NCBI RefSeq assembly: GCF_032444005.1
Contig: NC_091282.1
Span: forward strand, 1,129,516,001 to 1,129,580,000
Origin: Ranitomeya imitator
Taxonomy: Eukaryota
DNA length: 64,000 bases
Direction of reading: 5' to 3'
Each line of letters starts with the position of its first letter. Position 1 is the stretch's first letter. The position numbers and the translations under genes are program-made. Under the pieces are notes generated by a model that worked only from the letters and a program-made list of their open reading frames with translations, was not told the DNA's origin and did not search any database. Shown here one piece after another: positions 1 through 11,684 of this stretch.

Positions 1-333
1 AGGCAAGCCATACAATGTCCACACAATACTGCCATAGAGTCTTACAATATCCAAATAATGCTCATAATCAAAATCCTGTGTTATACTGCCCGCGGGCAGA
101 CACAGACAGAAGACGGCCCTTGTGGGTCATAATGCACAATTCCTCCTGCTTTGGAGGTGGTGGTGGCCCCCTTACCTCTTGGGCCTTTGTGTGGCTGCAC
201 AGGTTGCACCAGTGGTATATCGGTTCCGGATACTGCCTATCCAAACATATTACCTACTAGCTATTGAACCCGTTCTACGCCCGGGTGGCGAGCATTTATA
301 TTGGTATATGGTCTCCATCCTGGTAGGTGCTAA

Positions 334-1220
334 TCCATCCTGCGTCCCCATCCTGTCATGTGCTGCTCCATCCTGCGTCCCCATCCTGTCATGTGCTGCT
401 CCCATCCTGCGCCCCGTTCTGTCATGTGCTGCTCCCATCCTGCGCCCCCGTTCTGTCATGTGCTGCTCCATCCTGCGCCCCCATTCTGTCATGTGCTGCT
501 CCATCCTGCATCCCCATCCTGTCATGTGCTGCTCCCATCCTGCGCCCCGTTCTGTCATGTGCTGCTCCCATCCTGCGCCCCCGTTCTGTCATGTGCTGCT
601 CCATCCTGCGCCCCCATTCTGTCATGTGCTGCTCCATCCTGCATCCCCATCCTGTCATGTGCTGCTCCCATCCTGCGCCCCGTTCTGTCATGTGCTGCTC
701 CCATCCTGCGCCCCCGTTCTGTCATGTGCTGCTCCCATCCTGCGCCTCCATTCTGTCATTTGCTGCTCCCATCCTGTCATGTGCTGCTCCCATCCTGTGC
801 CCCCGTTCTGTCATGTGCTGCTCTCATCCTGCGCCCCCATTCTGTCATGTGCTGCTCCCATCCTGCGCCCGTTCTGTCATGTGCTGCTGCCATCCTGCGC
901 CCGTTCTGTCATGTGCTGCTCCCATCCTGCGCCCGTTCTGTCATGTGCTGCTGCCATCCTGCGCCCGTTCTGTCATGTGCTGCTGCCATCCTGCGCCCGT
1001 TCTGTCATGTGCTGCTGCCATCCTGCGCCCGTTCTGTCATGTGCTGCTGCCATCCTGCGCCCGTTCTGTCATGTGCTGCTGCCATCCTGGGCCCGTTCTG
1101 TCATGTGCTGCTGCCATCCTGCGCCCGTTCTGTCATGTGCTGCTGCCATCCTGCGCCCGTACTGTCATGTGCTGCTGCCATCCTGCTCCCGTTCTGTCAT
1201 GTGCTGCTCCCATCCTGCGC
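334..1220. repeat. Minisatellite, ~32-bp unit (CCATCCTGCGCCCGTTCTGTCATGTGCTGCTG), roughly 27 copies
   Basis: Directly visible tandem array; units vary 31-34 bp and are more homogeneous toward the right end. Confidence 0.95.
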
Positions 1221-1334
1221 TACCATTGTATTATATGCCCCCCATAAGACGCTCCAGTGTGTATGCCCCCGTATGCTGCTGCCATATAAAAAAAAAAATA
1301 CCATACTCACCTATCGTCCGGCTCCACTGCAGGT

Positions 1335-1447
1335 GTGTCTTCAAGAAAATGGCGCCGGAAAGCGCGGACTGCGCAGGCGCCGATTCCGGCAGCAGGAATC
1401 GGCACCTGCGCAGTCCGCGCTTTCCGGCGCCATTTTCTTGAAGACAC
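1335..1447. repeat. GC-rich inverted repeat: 53-bp arms, 7-nt loop
   Basis: 1335-1387 is the reverse complement of 1395-1447 with one mismatch; loop GGCAGCA. Confidence 0.95.
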
Positions 1448-2928
1448 TCTCCGGCTCCTCTACCTGTGACTGGTAAGTCAGAGGGCGGCACCGGCGCGCA
1501 TTAAGCGCGTCATCGCGCCCTCTGAACTGTCACAGCAGAGGAGCCGGGAGACGAAGCCGCACGCAGCGCTGGAACGGGGAAAGGTGACTATACTTACCCT
1601 CCTGGGGGTCCCTGACTCTCCTGTGGAGATCGGAGATCGCGGTATGCGTTCAGTGTTTACGCATACCGCGATCTCCTGGGAGCGTCACTCTGTGGGGGCC
1701 AGACTGCGCCGGCGCTTGCGCCTGCGCAGTCTATAAAGGCTTCGGACAGAGGGACGCTCCCATCGTTATATTATAGATATAATACCACTTTATCATGTAC
1801 ACGCAATGGCACAATTTTTTTGTAGCACTTTTAGTTTTATTCTGGGAGTTCAATTTTGAGTAAGAAAAAAATGATATGCTAATATTCAGAAAGGACAAAA
1901 AAAATCAATTATGTGGAAATTGCATTACCACACACTAGTTTATTATGACACTGTGTTTACACTGTTTACCCGTGTTCTGAAATGAGGATGTTCTGTGACT
2001 CATCACAAATTAATTCAAGTTCAAAAACACACTTGGGATTAAGCCTCTAAATTACTTTCTAATAAGCAGCAATGCAATGATGCTTCTGGCCTCTTAAATT
2101 TAGGAAATTCAATAAACATGGATTACATGTAGATATGTCTATTATCAAAAGCAGACACAATGTTCAGTACAAACATCAGGTTACTGTAAAGAGGATGTTG
2201 CTCATCAGCGCACATTGATTTGGAACACAACTTCATGTTCCCGCAATATTTTCATCCCTTGGGCCCGAACCCTTCCTTGGACCATAACTTACAGCAGGAC
2301 AGGGTACTGTCAGTGATGAAATTAATAGTGCCATGTGGCTCGCTGCTGTCATTGTGTGCAAGTTTGGTTATTGCTAGAATTAATAGTTTATTGCGTTTAC
2401 TGTCAAAGGGATGAATTCATCATGGATATCATAAAATTAATTAGAAAAATCACACTGTGGTTTTCTGTAAAAATCCCTCCTGTTCCAGAAGCTTTCCGAT
2501 AAAATCCATCATCTGTAGCAGGAAATCAGCTTTACACCTTCTTTGTCATATACTTTTGTCAGTATTGTACAGAGTGTTTTATGATGACCTTTAATCTTAA
2601 CAGTAACGGGCAGGGTCGCCATGAGGACATTACTGTTCTTACTGCTGTATGGGGCCTGATGAGCAGAAGCAAAGAGGGGGGCCCCCTCTTGTGCTTCAGC
2701 TCATCAGGCCACAGGGTATCATGTGCCGGAGCGCTGTTATTCAGGGCACATCTTGGCACAGGGAGGCTTGTAGCTCTCACAGCTGTGCAGCTCCAGGGCT
2801 CTCTCCACCTCTTCTGTGACGCGCTGGTGAATGTAGCCGCCAGGCCAGTCGAGAAGTGGAGCTGCAGGGGATTGTATGAGAGGTAAGTATAGAATTTTTT
2901 TGGGTTGGCCAAATGATAAATTGGGAGT

Positions 2929-3350
2929 GGGGGGGGGGGGGGGGGGGGCAGAGCAAATGATGAATTAGCAGTTGTGGACAAAGCAAATGCTTAATTGGCA
3001 GTGGGGTGGGATACCAAATAATGAATATGGAGTAGGGGGGCAGAGTAGATGATGAATTAGCAGAGGGACACAGAGCAAATGATGAATTGACAGTAGGGGG
3101 AGCAGAACAAATGATAAATTGGGAGTGGGGGTGGAGCAAATGATGAACTGGCAGTGGGGGTAGAGCAAATGATGAATTGACAGTGGGGGAAAGGGGACAG
3201 CAAATTATGAATTGACAGTGGGGGGGGGGGAAAGGGGAGAGCAAATGATGAATTGGCAGTGGGGGGGAACAAATGATGAATTGGCAGTGGGGGCAGAAAA
3301 AATTATGAATTGGGAGTGATGGATAGCAAACGATGAATTAAAGTTGGGGG
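2929..3350. repeat. G20 run followed by a degenerate ~30-bp G-rich minisatellite (GAGCAAATGATGAATTGGCAGTGGGG)
   Basis: Visible tandem units, each with a GCAAATGATGAATT core and a G-tract; right end approximate. Confidence 0.85.
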
Positions 3351-3534
3351 GAGTGTAAATGATGATGAATAGAGGTGGGGGTGGGGGAAAGAGGGGACAT
3401 GGCATAATGATTTGGAGAGGAGGCAGGCATGTACATATAATGAATCGGGAGAGTGAGTGGTACAGAGTGGGGGCCGTTGAGGATGACAGAGTGTGACTGG
3501 CAATGAATTGTGAGAAAGTACAGGTGATACTTAA

Positions 3535-6500
3535 CCCCTTAAGGACCAAGCCACTTTGTAGGTTAATGACCAGGCCTTAATTTTGAAATCTGATCACTGT
3601 CACTTTACGTGGTTATAACTCTGGAACACTTCAACGAATCCCAGTGATTCTGAGAGTGTTTTTTGTGACATATTGTACTTTATGATAATGGTAAAATTTC
3701 TTCAATATGACTTGCGCTTATTTGTGAAAAAAATGTAAATTTCGCAAAAAAATTTAAAATTTCACAGTTTTCAAACTATTATTATTATTTATTATTATTA
3801 TTATTATTATTTATTGTTATAGCGCCATTTATTTAAATTTAAATTTTTTATGCCCCTAAATCAGAGCATTATGTCACACAAAATAGTTAATAAATAACAC
3901 TTTCCACATGTCTACTTTACATCAGCACAATTTTTGAAACATATTTTTTATTTTATTAGGAAGTTATAAGGTTTAAAAGTTGACCAACAAAAGTTTTTCC
4001 AACAAATTTACAAAACCATATTTTAGGGAGCACCTCATATTTGAAGTGAGTTTGGGGGCCTATATGACAGAAAATACCCAAAGTGACACCATTCTGAAAA
4101 CTGCACCTCTCAAAGTGTACAAAATCAAATTCAAGAAGTTTATTAACCCTTCAGGTGCTTCACAAGAACTAAAGCAATGTGGAAGGAAAAAAAAATACCA
4201 TTTCACTTTTTATCACAAAAGTTTTACTTTGGACACATTTTTTTATTTTCTCAATAGTATCAGGAAAAAATGAACCACAATATTTGTTGTACAATTTCTC
4301 CTGAGTACTCTGATACCCCATGTGTAGAGGAAGACTACTCTTTAGGCGCACGGCAGGGCTCAGAAGAGAAGGAGCACCATTTGAGGTTTTGAACGTAAAA
4401 TTGGCTGGAATCAAGAGAGGACGCCATGTCTCGTTTTGAGAGCCCCTGATGTGCCTTAACAGTGGAAACCCCCCACAAGTGACCCCATTTTGGAAACTAG
4501 ACCCCTCAAGGGACTTATCTAGATGTTTGGTGAGCACCAGGTGCTTCACATAAGTTTATAACTTAGAGCCGTGAAAATTAAAAATCACATTTTTCCACAA
4601 AAATCATCTTTTAGCACAATATTTTATATTTCCTCAAGGGTAACAGGAGAAATGGACTCTAAAACTTGTTGTGCAATTTCTCCTGAGTGTGCTAATACCC
4701 CATGTATGGGTGAAAACTACTTTTGAGGCACAGTGCAAAGTTGAAAACGGAAGGAGAGCCATATTAAAGTGCAGATTTTACTATTATGGTTTGAGGGTGC
4801 CATGACCCACTGGGAGAGCCCCTGAGGTGCCATAACAGCAGGACTCCTCATAAGTGGCCCCATTCTACAAAATACACCTCTTGTTGAATTAATCTAGGGG
4901 TGCAATGATCATTTTGACACCATCGCTGGGCCACAGAATTTTATACCATTGGGCAGTGAAGAAAAAATAATAACATTTTTACCACAAAAAAATTGTTTTA
5001 GCCCCAGATTTTACATTTTCACACAAAAAGTGGGTAAAAATGGCACCAAAATTTGTTCCACAATTTCTACTGAATGTGGCAATACCCCATATGTGGCTGT
5101 ACAGTACTACTTAGTCATACGGAGAGTATTGGTAGGGATGGAGAGCCCATACTTGGGGTTTCCATCTAAATCTCAATCAAGTGGAAATTGAGATTCTGGT
5201 TTGGCTTTTATCCTACGTTATGTGACAAGGCTCGTTAAAGGGTCGACATTGACTGTTAGGATTGCTACTTCCTATAGGTGGCACTAGAGTTCTAGTCCTC
5301 TTCCTCTCTGAAGAAACAATTTGCATCTAAATCTCAGAGTGACATGACAGATGAAACCCCGGATAGATCCAATTACTATAATGAGGCAGCAGAGTTACTC
5401 TGGACTCCATCTGGCCCCTGTTCAGCGTTGTCCTTCCTTTCAGAGGTGCACAAAACTATGGTGGACCGTGTTTTTATGCACACCTATAAAGATTGTCACC
5501 GCCGGATCACAGGTCCTTTGGCATTCACAGTTCCTCCATCTGCCTCATTATAGGGAATCTTCCGCCGGCGGTTCTGTCTGAATCATGTATTTCAGAGATT
5601 TACACAGAAACCTCGGTATAAGCCCTCAGTGTAGAGCGCAGTATAAATGTGCGCAGAGCCTTATTGCGATCTTTGGGAGGTAGAATGAACAAATCCACAG
5701 CAGGAAAACAATTGGTTTTATTTATTTTTTATGCCATTCCTTGTGCGGTATAAGTGATTAAAGTGATGAATCAGGTATCACTGTAATTGCACTGACCCAA
5801 AAAATAATGTTGCTTAAAGGGACACTGTCACCTGAATTTGGAGGGAACAATCTTCAGCCATGGAGGCGGGGTTTTGGGGTTTTTGATTCACCCTTTCCTT
5901 ACCCGCTGGCTGCATGCTGGCTGCAATATTGGATTGAAGTTCATTCTCTGTCCTCCGTAGTACATGCCTGCACAAGGCAATCTTGCCTTGCGCAGGCGTG
6001 TACTATGGAGGACAGAGAATGAACTTCAATCCAATATTGCAGGCAGCATGCAGCCAGCGGGTAAGGAAAGGGTGAATCAAAAACCCCGCCTCCATGGCTG
6101 AAGATTGTTCTCTCCAAATTCAGGTGACAGTGTCCCTTTAAGCAACATTATTTTTTGGGTCAGTGCAATTACAGTGATACCTGATTCATATCCTTTTTTT
6201 ATGTTTAGCTGCTGTCACACACTAAAAGACACTTTTATTTGCAAGAAGAAGTTTTTGCAGCACCATATTTTGAGAGCTATAATATTTCGGCCCACAGAGT
6301 CATGTGAGGGCTTGTTTTTTGTGAGACAAGTTGACTTTTTTAATGGTACCATTTTCGGGCACATGACATTTTTTTTTATCACTTTCTATTCCTATTTTTG
6401 TGGAGGCAGAATGAACAAAAAACAGCAATTTAGCAATTGTTTTTTTTTCTTCCTCCTGCGTGTGGTAAAATTGATAAGGTCACTTTATTCTTCGGGTCAG

Positions 6501-7617
6501 TATTTTACAACGATGCCACATTTATTTTTATGTATTGGTGCTTTTACACAATAAAAACTTTAAAGAAAAAAATAATTATTTTTGCATTGCTTTATTTTGA
6601 GAGCTATAACTTTTTTATTTTTCCGCTGATGGCTTGTTTTTTGCAGGAACATGTTGGTATTTTTAGTGATACTCTTTTTATTTACATTCATCTTTTTGAT
6701 CACATTTTATTCCACTTTTTCCAAGCGGTATGATGATAAAGCATAGTTTGCTACTTTTTTTGGTGTTTTTTTTACAGCCTTCACTGAAGCGCTTAACTTC
6801 CATGACTCGTTTATAGATCGGATTGTTCCGGACTCGGCGATACCAAACATATGTGCTTTTTTTTTTTTTACATAAAAATATGTATTTATTAGTGGATTTT
6901 TTTTACATTTTTTATTATTATTATTTTGTAATATTTTTTTTTACATATATATTTTTTTAAATTCCTTTTTTACCTAGTCCCTTTATGGAACTTTTAATTT
7001 TTTTTACTTTGATTGCAGGTAAAATACATAGCAATGCACTAGCATTGCACTGCATTATACCTATACTGAAAGCTTCTAACACCAAGCTTTCTGCACCTTG
7101 GTGACCTGGGGGTCGTCATGCCAACCCCGGCTCACCATGGCAATGATCGGGCCCCCCGGAATGACGTCACGGGCCGCCGATCTGAAGGCAGATGGAGCTT
7201 CTGTTCCTGTGCCTCACTCCTGAATGCTGCGATCGTGCTTTAGGAGGTTAACAGCTAGGGGCGGCGCTGACACCGCTCCTGGCTGTTAGTGCAGATGCTC
7301 AGCCACTGGCAAAGCTGAGCTGCTGCACTGATTGGGCAGGAAGTGCTAATATTTCAGCATCTCCTGCGCGATCATGCTGTGATTGGTCAGTCAGATTGAC
7401 TGATCAATCAAAGCGATCTGGGTGCGGGGACCGATGGCATGGGTCCCTGCACTTCTTCCCGTGCCTCTCAGCTGTCATAGACAGCTGTCGGCACTGAACT
7501 GTCACTGTGTGTTTACACACAGTGACAGATTAAATGCATGATGGGCATAGCCCATCCTGGTGCGGGAACTGACAACTCGGCCATGGTGGGCTATACCTGT
7601 CATTGGACGTTAAGGGG
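3535..7617. mobile_element. Non-autonomous TTAA-targeting (piggyBac-like) element with ~385-bp internal tandem subrepeats
   Basis: TTAA at 3531-3534 and 7618-7621; termini CCCCTTAA.. / ..TTAAGGGG. Internal repeated blocks start ATACCCCAT at ~4313, ~4694 and ~5082. No transposase. Confidence 0.7.
5818..6137. mobile_element. Palindromic T2-type (Kolobok-like) MITE
   Basis: TTAA TSD (5814-5817, 6138-6141); AGGGACAC../..GTGTCCCT termini; almost the whole 320 bp folds back on itself. Confidence 0.85.
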
Positions 7618-8438
7618 TTAATTTATATCTTTATTGGGTAGGGAAAGTGACTTTTTTAGTTAGTGGAGGCGATGTGATGGATTACAATTTATATTTCAAA
7701 TGGTGGGTATAATGGTTGCATAATAACTAGTTATATATATTAGTGGTGGGTCCATGTCTCTATTCAGCTGCGCAGTGTAGTGATTGGGGAAGAAGGGGGG
7801 AATGTGCTCTGGAAGCAATCAGCTATAGAAAACTGTGTGTTGCTTTATGGTTTTATGTAGAGATGAGTCCTGGCTGGGAAAAGTGATGGCGGTCTGTAGT
7901 GGATTAAGAAGAAATGCGAAAATGAAGGAGTTGAACTAGAGACGTCACCGATGAGTCAGTGTGTTATCTGTACAATCACAATATACACTAGATACTGTGC
8001 ACAGAGCTCCTGTGTATAATGTCACTGGTGATCACTATATTACTTGTACACTATATACTATATATAGAGCTTCTGTGTATAATGTCACTGGTGATCACTA
8101 TGACCTGTACACTGACACTATACACTGTATATTATGTACAGAGATCCTGTGTATAGTGGCAGTTATGGTAATATTAGTATTGTGTTTTTTTATTAATGAT
8201 CAGTATTGTACTATTCGGTCACTATGTGGTGGTAATATGTGATTTGGTCATGGTGTGGCAGTATTTCTCTTTTTATATGGTATGATTCAGTCGCTAGGTG
8301 GTGGTAATATGTGGTCTGGACATGATACGGTGGTATTTGTTCCTTGCATTTGGTATTATTCAGCCACTATGTGGTGGTAATATGTGGCTTGGTCATGGTG
8401 TGATGGTATTTTTCCCTTGTATATAGTATTATTGGTCA

Positions 8439-8605
8439 CCTTGTAGATTGTGAGCCCTCACAAGCAGGGTCCTCTCTCCTCCTGTACTATTCATGACTTG
8501 TATTGTTTAAGATTATTGTACTTGTTTTTTTATTATATATACCCCTTTTCACATGTAAAGCACCATGGAATAAATGGTGCTATAATAAATACCGTAATAA
8601 TAATC
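8439..8605 (+). mobile_element. L2 LINE 3'-end fragment
   Basis: Matches the 3' UTR and tail of the L2 at 15353-17436 (CTTGTAGA..TGTGAGCCCTC..CATGTAAAGCACCATGGAATAAATGG..ATAATAAT). Confidence 0.75.
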
Positions 8606-9169
8606 TTTAAAAATGTATGTGACACATTCCCTTAAAGAAAAATAAATAAAACTATACCTAGAAAGAGTATTGGATATTTTAACAAATATTTAATAGGTTA
8701 GAGTAGAGTAGGGACCTGTCAAAGAGTCTCCCTTGTTGTGGTGGCAGCTTAAAAAATCTCTTGGCCAAAACAAAAGTTTCTGGCTATGTATGTGGTACAG
8801 TATGATGATCAATGGGAACTGTTAATGTGTGACTGGTGAGGACGTGGTGCAGAAGTGTAGTATCTCCAAGAGTAGGTGATGGGACTGTGGAAGGTTCGCG
8901 GGGTGGAAGCAGAGCTGGGGTGGAGCCTGGGTGGAGTCTCAAGGGGGTCCAAAAATTTTGCCAGTATGGGACCCTGAAATTCCTGATGGCAGCCCTGGTA
9001 ACGGGTACCATACGACTAGGTATGGAGTTGGTATATGTAAAATCATAACTTTTTTTGATCTTTTTGCAAGTAAGAAGGGCACGGAATACAAGCCCAAATG
9101 GGAATGGAGAGCCACATGACTATGATGCCTGCTAGGCATCAATAAGGTTAAGTATAGGGATAACATTAT

Positions 9170-9696
9170 TGTTACGCACAGTGTGGGAAAGAGTGCAACA
9201 CGAAGGGATGAGGGGAAGGAAGCCCAGACACTAGGGAAAGGATGAGTGGAGACCCCTAGGCAGGAAACCTAAGCCCTGTATCTCCCTAGAGCTAAACCCA
9301 GGATAGAGAGGGGGTGGGATTAGCACTGGTCAGTCTCCATTGTAAACTAAAGACAAAAAGGTAGACAGTCAAGAGGAATGAACTTAGCTTGAGCAGACTC
9401 AGAGAGGTGACACCAAATGTCCTCAAACAGCTCCAGAGAGGAAGTTAGCCGACTGCTATAGCTTCAAGCTTTCACAAGGGAAAAATGTGAATATCACGGA
9501 TGACTCTCTGCAGCAGACTGGGGATTTATAAACACAAAGGACACCCAGGACCAGGTGTGTCAACTTGAGTCGGAGGGAGGTAGCCGCTGGGTCCAAGAGT
9601 CAGAAAGATTAAGGAGGCATCTGTAATACTAAATGCAAAGACCTTTTGCAGCCAGATGCAGAGCGACAGTCTGTTGCATCTGACACACCAGTGACA
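9170..9696. mobile_element. Solo LTR (Gypsy-like) inserted in Ngaro repeat A1
   Basis: TGTTA..GTGACA termini; 5-bp TSD ATTAT/ATTAG (one mismatch). Removing it restores colinearity of A1 with A2. Confidence 0.75.
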
Positions 9697-9889
9697 ATTA
9701 GGAAGGGAAATCTAAGATGGCGGTTTTGATGCTGAGGGGCAGGGTCTCAGGGAAATTTTGGGGTGGGGTCCATAAAGGGATCCTCCCATGGGAGCTTACC
9801 TGATTGAAAGGGGGCTTAGGGAATATACGGCAGCCGGGGGCGGGATAGTCACAGTCAGTTGGTGGATCCACGTTAGAAAACCCATGCTG

Positions 9890-10279
9890 TAATGGAATCC
9901 TTGCTTGAAAGCTGAGGCTTTGGCAGCTGAAAAAGGTCCAGGGTGGCTCCAGCAGCAGTTAAGGATGCTGAGCGACAGGGTCGGCGAGGTGGATGAGTTA
10001 CCGACACCTCCCAAGCGACCTAGTAGATCCCAGGCTCCTGTGCGGCTGAGCTCGGAGATGACCCTGAGAGTGCAACTGAAGGAGAGGAGCCCCACCAAGG
10101 ATCCCACAGAATCAGTAGCGCAAGCTGCTCGGCTGATCTCTCGTCTGGGAGGAATCTGCATCGGAGTGCTGACCCTTCTATGACTGCGTGCATGCACCAG
10201 GATATGCAGACATCACCGCATGATGGCATACTGATGCCACCGTGCAGTGGCGTGGTGACATCATCGCACACCATTGTGC
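9890..10279 (+). pseudogene. Ngaro gag-like ORF, N-terminal part (interrupted by CR1)
   Basis: Lies between repeat A1 and the CR1 insertion; ORF-track peptide KAEALAAEKGPGWLQQQL. Assignment rests mainly on position. Confidence 0.45.
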
Positions 10280-11684
10280 GTAACATAGTAACATAGTAAC
10301 ATAGTAACATAGTTAGTAAGGCCGAAAAAAGACATTTGTCCATCCAGTTCAGCCTATATTCCATCATAATAAATACCCAGATCTACGTCCTTCTACAGAA
10401 CCTAATAATTGTATGATACAATATTGTTCTGCTCCAGGAAGACATCCAGGCCTCTCTTGAACCCCTCGACTGAGTTCGCCATCACCACCTCCTCAGGCAA
10501 GCAATTCCAGATTCTCACTGCCCTAACAGTAAAGAATCCTCTTCTATGTTGGTGGAAAAACCTTCTCTCCTCCAGACGCAAAGAATGCCCCCTTGTGCCC
10601 GTCACCTTCCTTGGTATAAACAGATCCTCAGCGAGATATTTGTATTGTCCCCTTATATACTTATACATGGTTATTAGATCGCCCCTCAGTCGTCTTTTTT
10701 CTAGACTAAATAATCCTAATTTCGCTAATCTATCTGGGTATTGTAGTTCTCCCATCCCCTTTATTAATTTTGTTGCCCTCCTTTGTACTCTCTCTAGTTC
10801 CATTATATCCTTCCTGAGCACCGGTGCCCAAAAGTGGACACAGTACTCCATGTGCGGTCTAACTAGGGATTTGTACAGAGGCAGTATAATGCTCTCATCA
10901 TGTGTATCCAGACCTCTTTTAATGCACCCCATGATCCTGTTTGCCTTGGCAGCTGCTGCCTGGCACTGGCTGCTCCAGGTAAGTTTATCATTAACTAGGA
11001 TCCCCAAGTCCTTCTCCCTGTCAGATTTACCCAGTGGTTTCCCGTTCAGTGTGTAATGGTGATATTGATTCCCTCTTCCCATGTGTATAACCTTACATTT
11101 ATCATTGTTAAACCTCATCTGCCACCTTTCAGCCCAAGTTTCCAACTTATCCAGATCCATCTGTAGCAGAATACTATCTTCTCTTGTATTAACTGCTTTA
11201 CATAGTTTTGTATCATCTGCAAATATCGATATTTTACTGTGTAAACCTTCTACCAGATCATTAATGAATATGTTGAAGAGAACAGGTCCCAATACTGACC
11301 CCTGCGGTACCCCACTGGTCACAGCGACCCAGTTAGAGACTATACCATTTATAACCACCCTCTGCTTTCTATCACTAAGCCAGTTACTAACCCATTTACA
11401 CACATTTTCCCCCAGACCAAGCATTCTCATTTTGTGTACCAACCTCTTGTGCGGCACGGTATCAAACGCTTTGGAAAAATCGAGATATACCACGTCCAAT
11501 GACTCACCGTGGTCCAGCCTATAGCTTACCTCTTCATAAAAACTGATTAGATTGGTTTGACAGGAGCGATTTCTCATAAACCCATGCTGATATGGAGTTA
11601 AACAGTTATTCTCATTGAGATAATCCAGAATAACATCCCTCAGAAACCCTTCAAATATTTTACCAACAATAGAGGTTAGACTTA
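10280..11684 (-). mobile_element. CR1 LINE copy A, 3' part (left arm of palindrome)
   Basis: RT ORF on the minus strand, 3' UTR and (TATGTTAC)4 tail at 10280-10311. Continues in frame with 13116-13386. Confidence 0.95.
10402..11577 (-). CDS. CR1 ORF2 reverse transcriptase, C-terminal 391 aa of a 5'-truncated copy
   Basis: CR1 motifs [43 protein letters not shown]; no internal stops. The start Met is internal because the element is truncated and interrupted. Confidence 0.9.
   Translation of the reverse strand: MRNRSCQTNLISFYEEVSYRLDHGESLDVVYLDFSKAFDTVPHKRLVHKMRMLGLGENVCKWVSNWLSDRKQRVVINGIVSNWVAVTSGVPQGSVLGPVLFNIFINDLVEGLHSKISIFADDTKLCKAVNTREDSILLQMDLDKLETWAERWQMRFNNDKCKVIHMGRGNQYHHYTLNGKPLGKSDREKDLGILVNDKLTWSSQCQAAAAKANRIMGCIKRGLDTHDESIILPLYKSLVRPHMEYCVHFWAPVLRKDIMELERVQRRATKLIKGMGELQYPDRLAKLGLFSLEKRRLRGDLITMYKYIRGQYKYLAEDLFIPRKVTGTRGHSLRLEERRFFHQHRRGFFTVRAVRIWNCLPEEVVMANSVEGFKRGLDVFLEQNNIVSYNY

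Larger units (their letters stand above)
257..1777 (-). mobile_element. Non-autonomous Helitron-like element carrying a minisatellite and a GC-rich hairpin
   Basis: On the minus strand it starts A|TC (TCTATAATATAACG, 1777) and ends CTAG|T (257-260). A short hairpin (ACCCG..CGGGT, 268-286) lies just upstream of the CTAG. No TSD. These are the canonical Helitron terminal signatures. Confidence 0.7.
2611..8997. mobile_element. Non-autonomous hAT-type element (host of nested insertions)
   Basis: Imperfect TIRs CAGGGTCGCCATGAGGA / TCCTGATGGCAGCCCTG. Exact 8-bp TSD GTAACGGG at 2603-2610 and 8998-9005; 8-bp TSDs are diagnostic of hAT. Confidence 0.85.

Noticed and set aside
122-1476. Long Cys/Pro-rich ORFs (439, 372, 306 aa) resembling metallothionein or keratin-associated proteins
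   Set aside because: They are translations of the 32-bp minisatellite, open in several frames at once with cycling peptides; no coding evidence.
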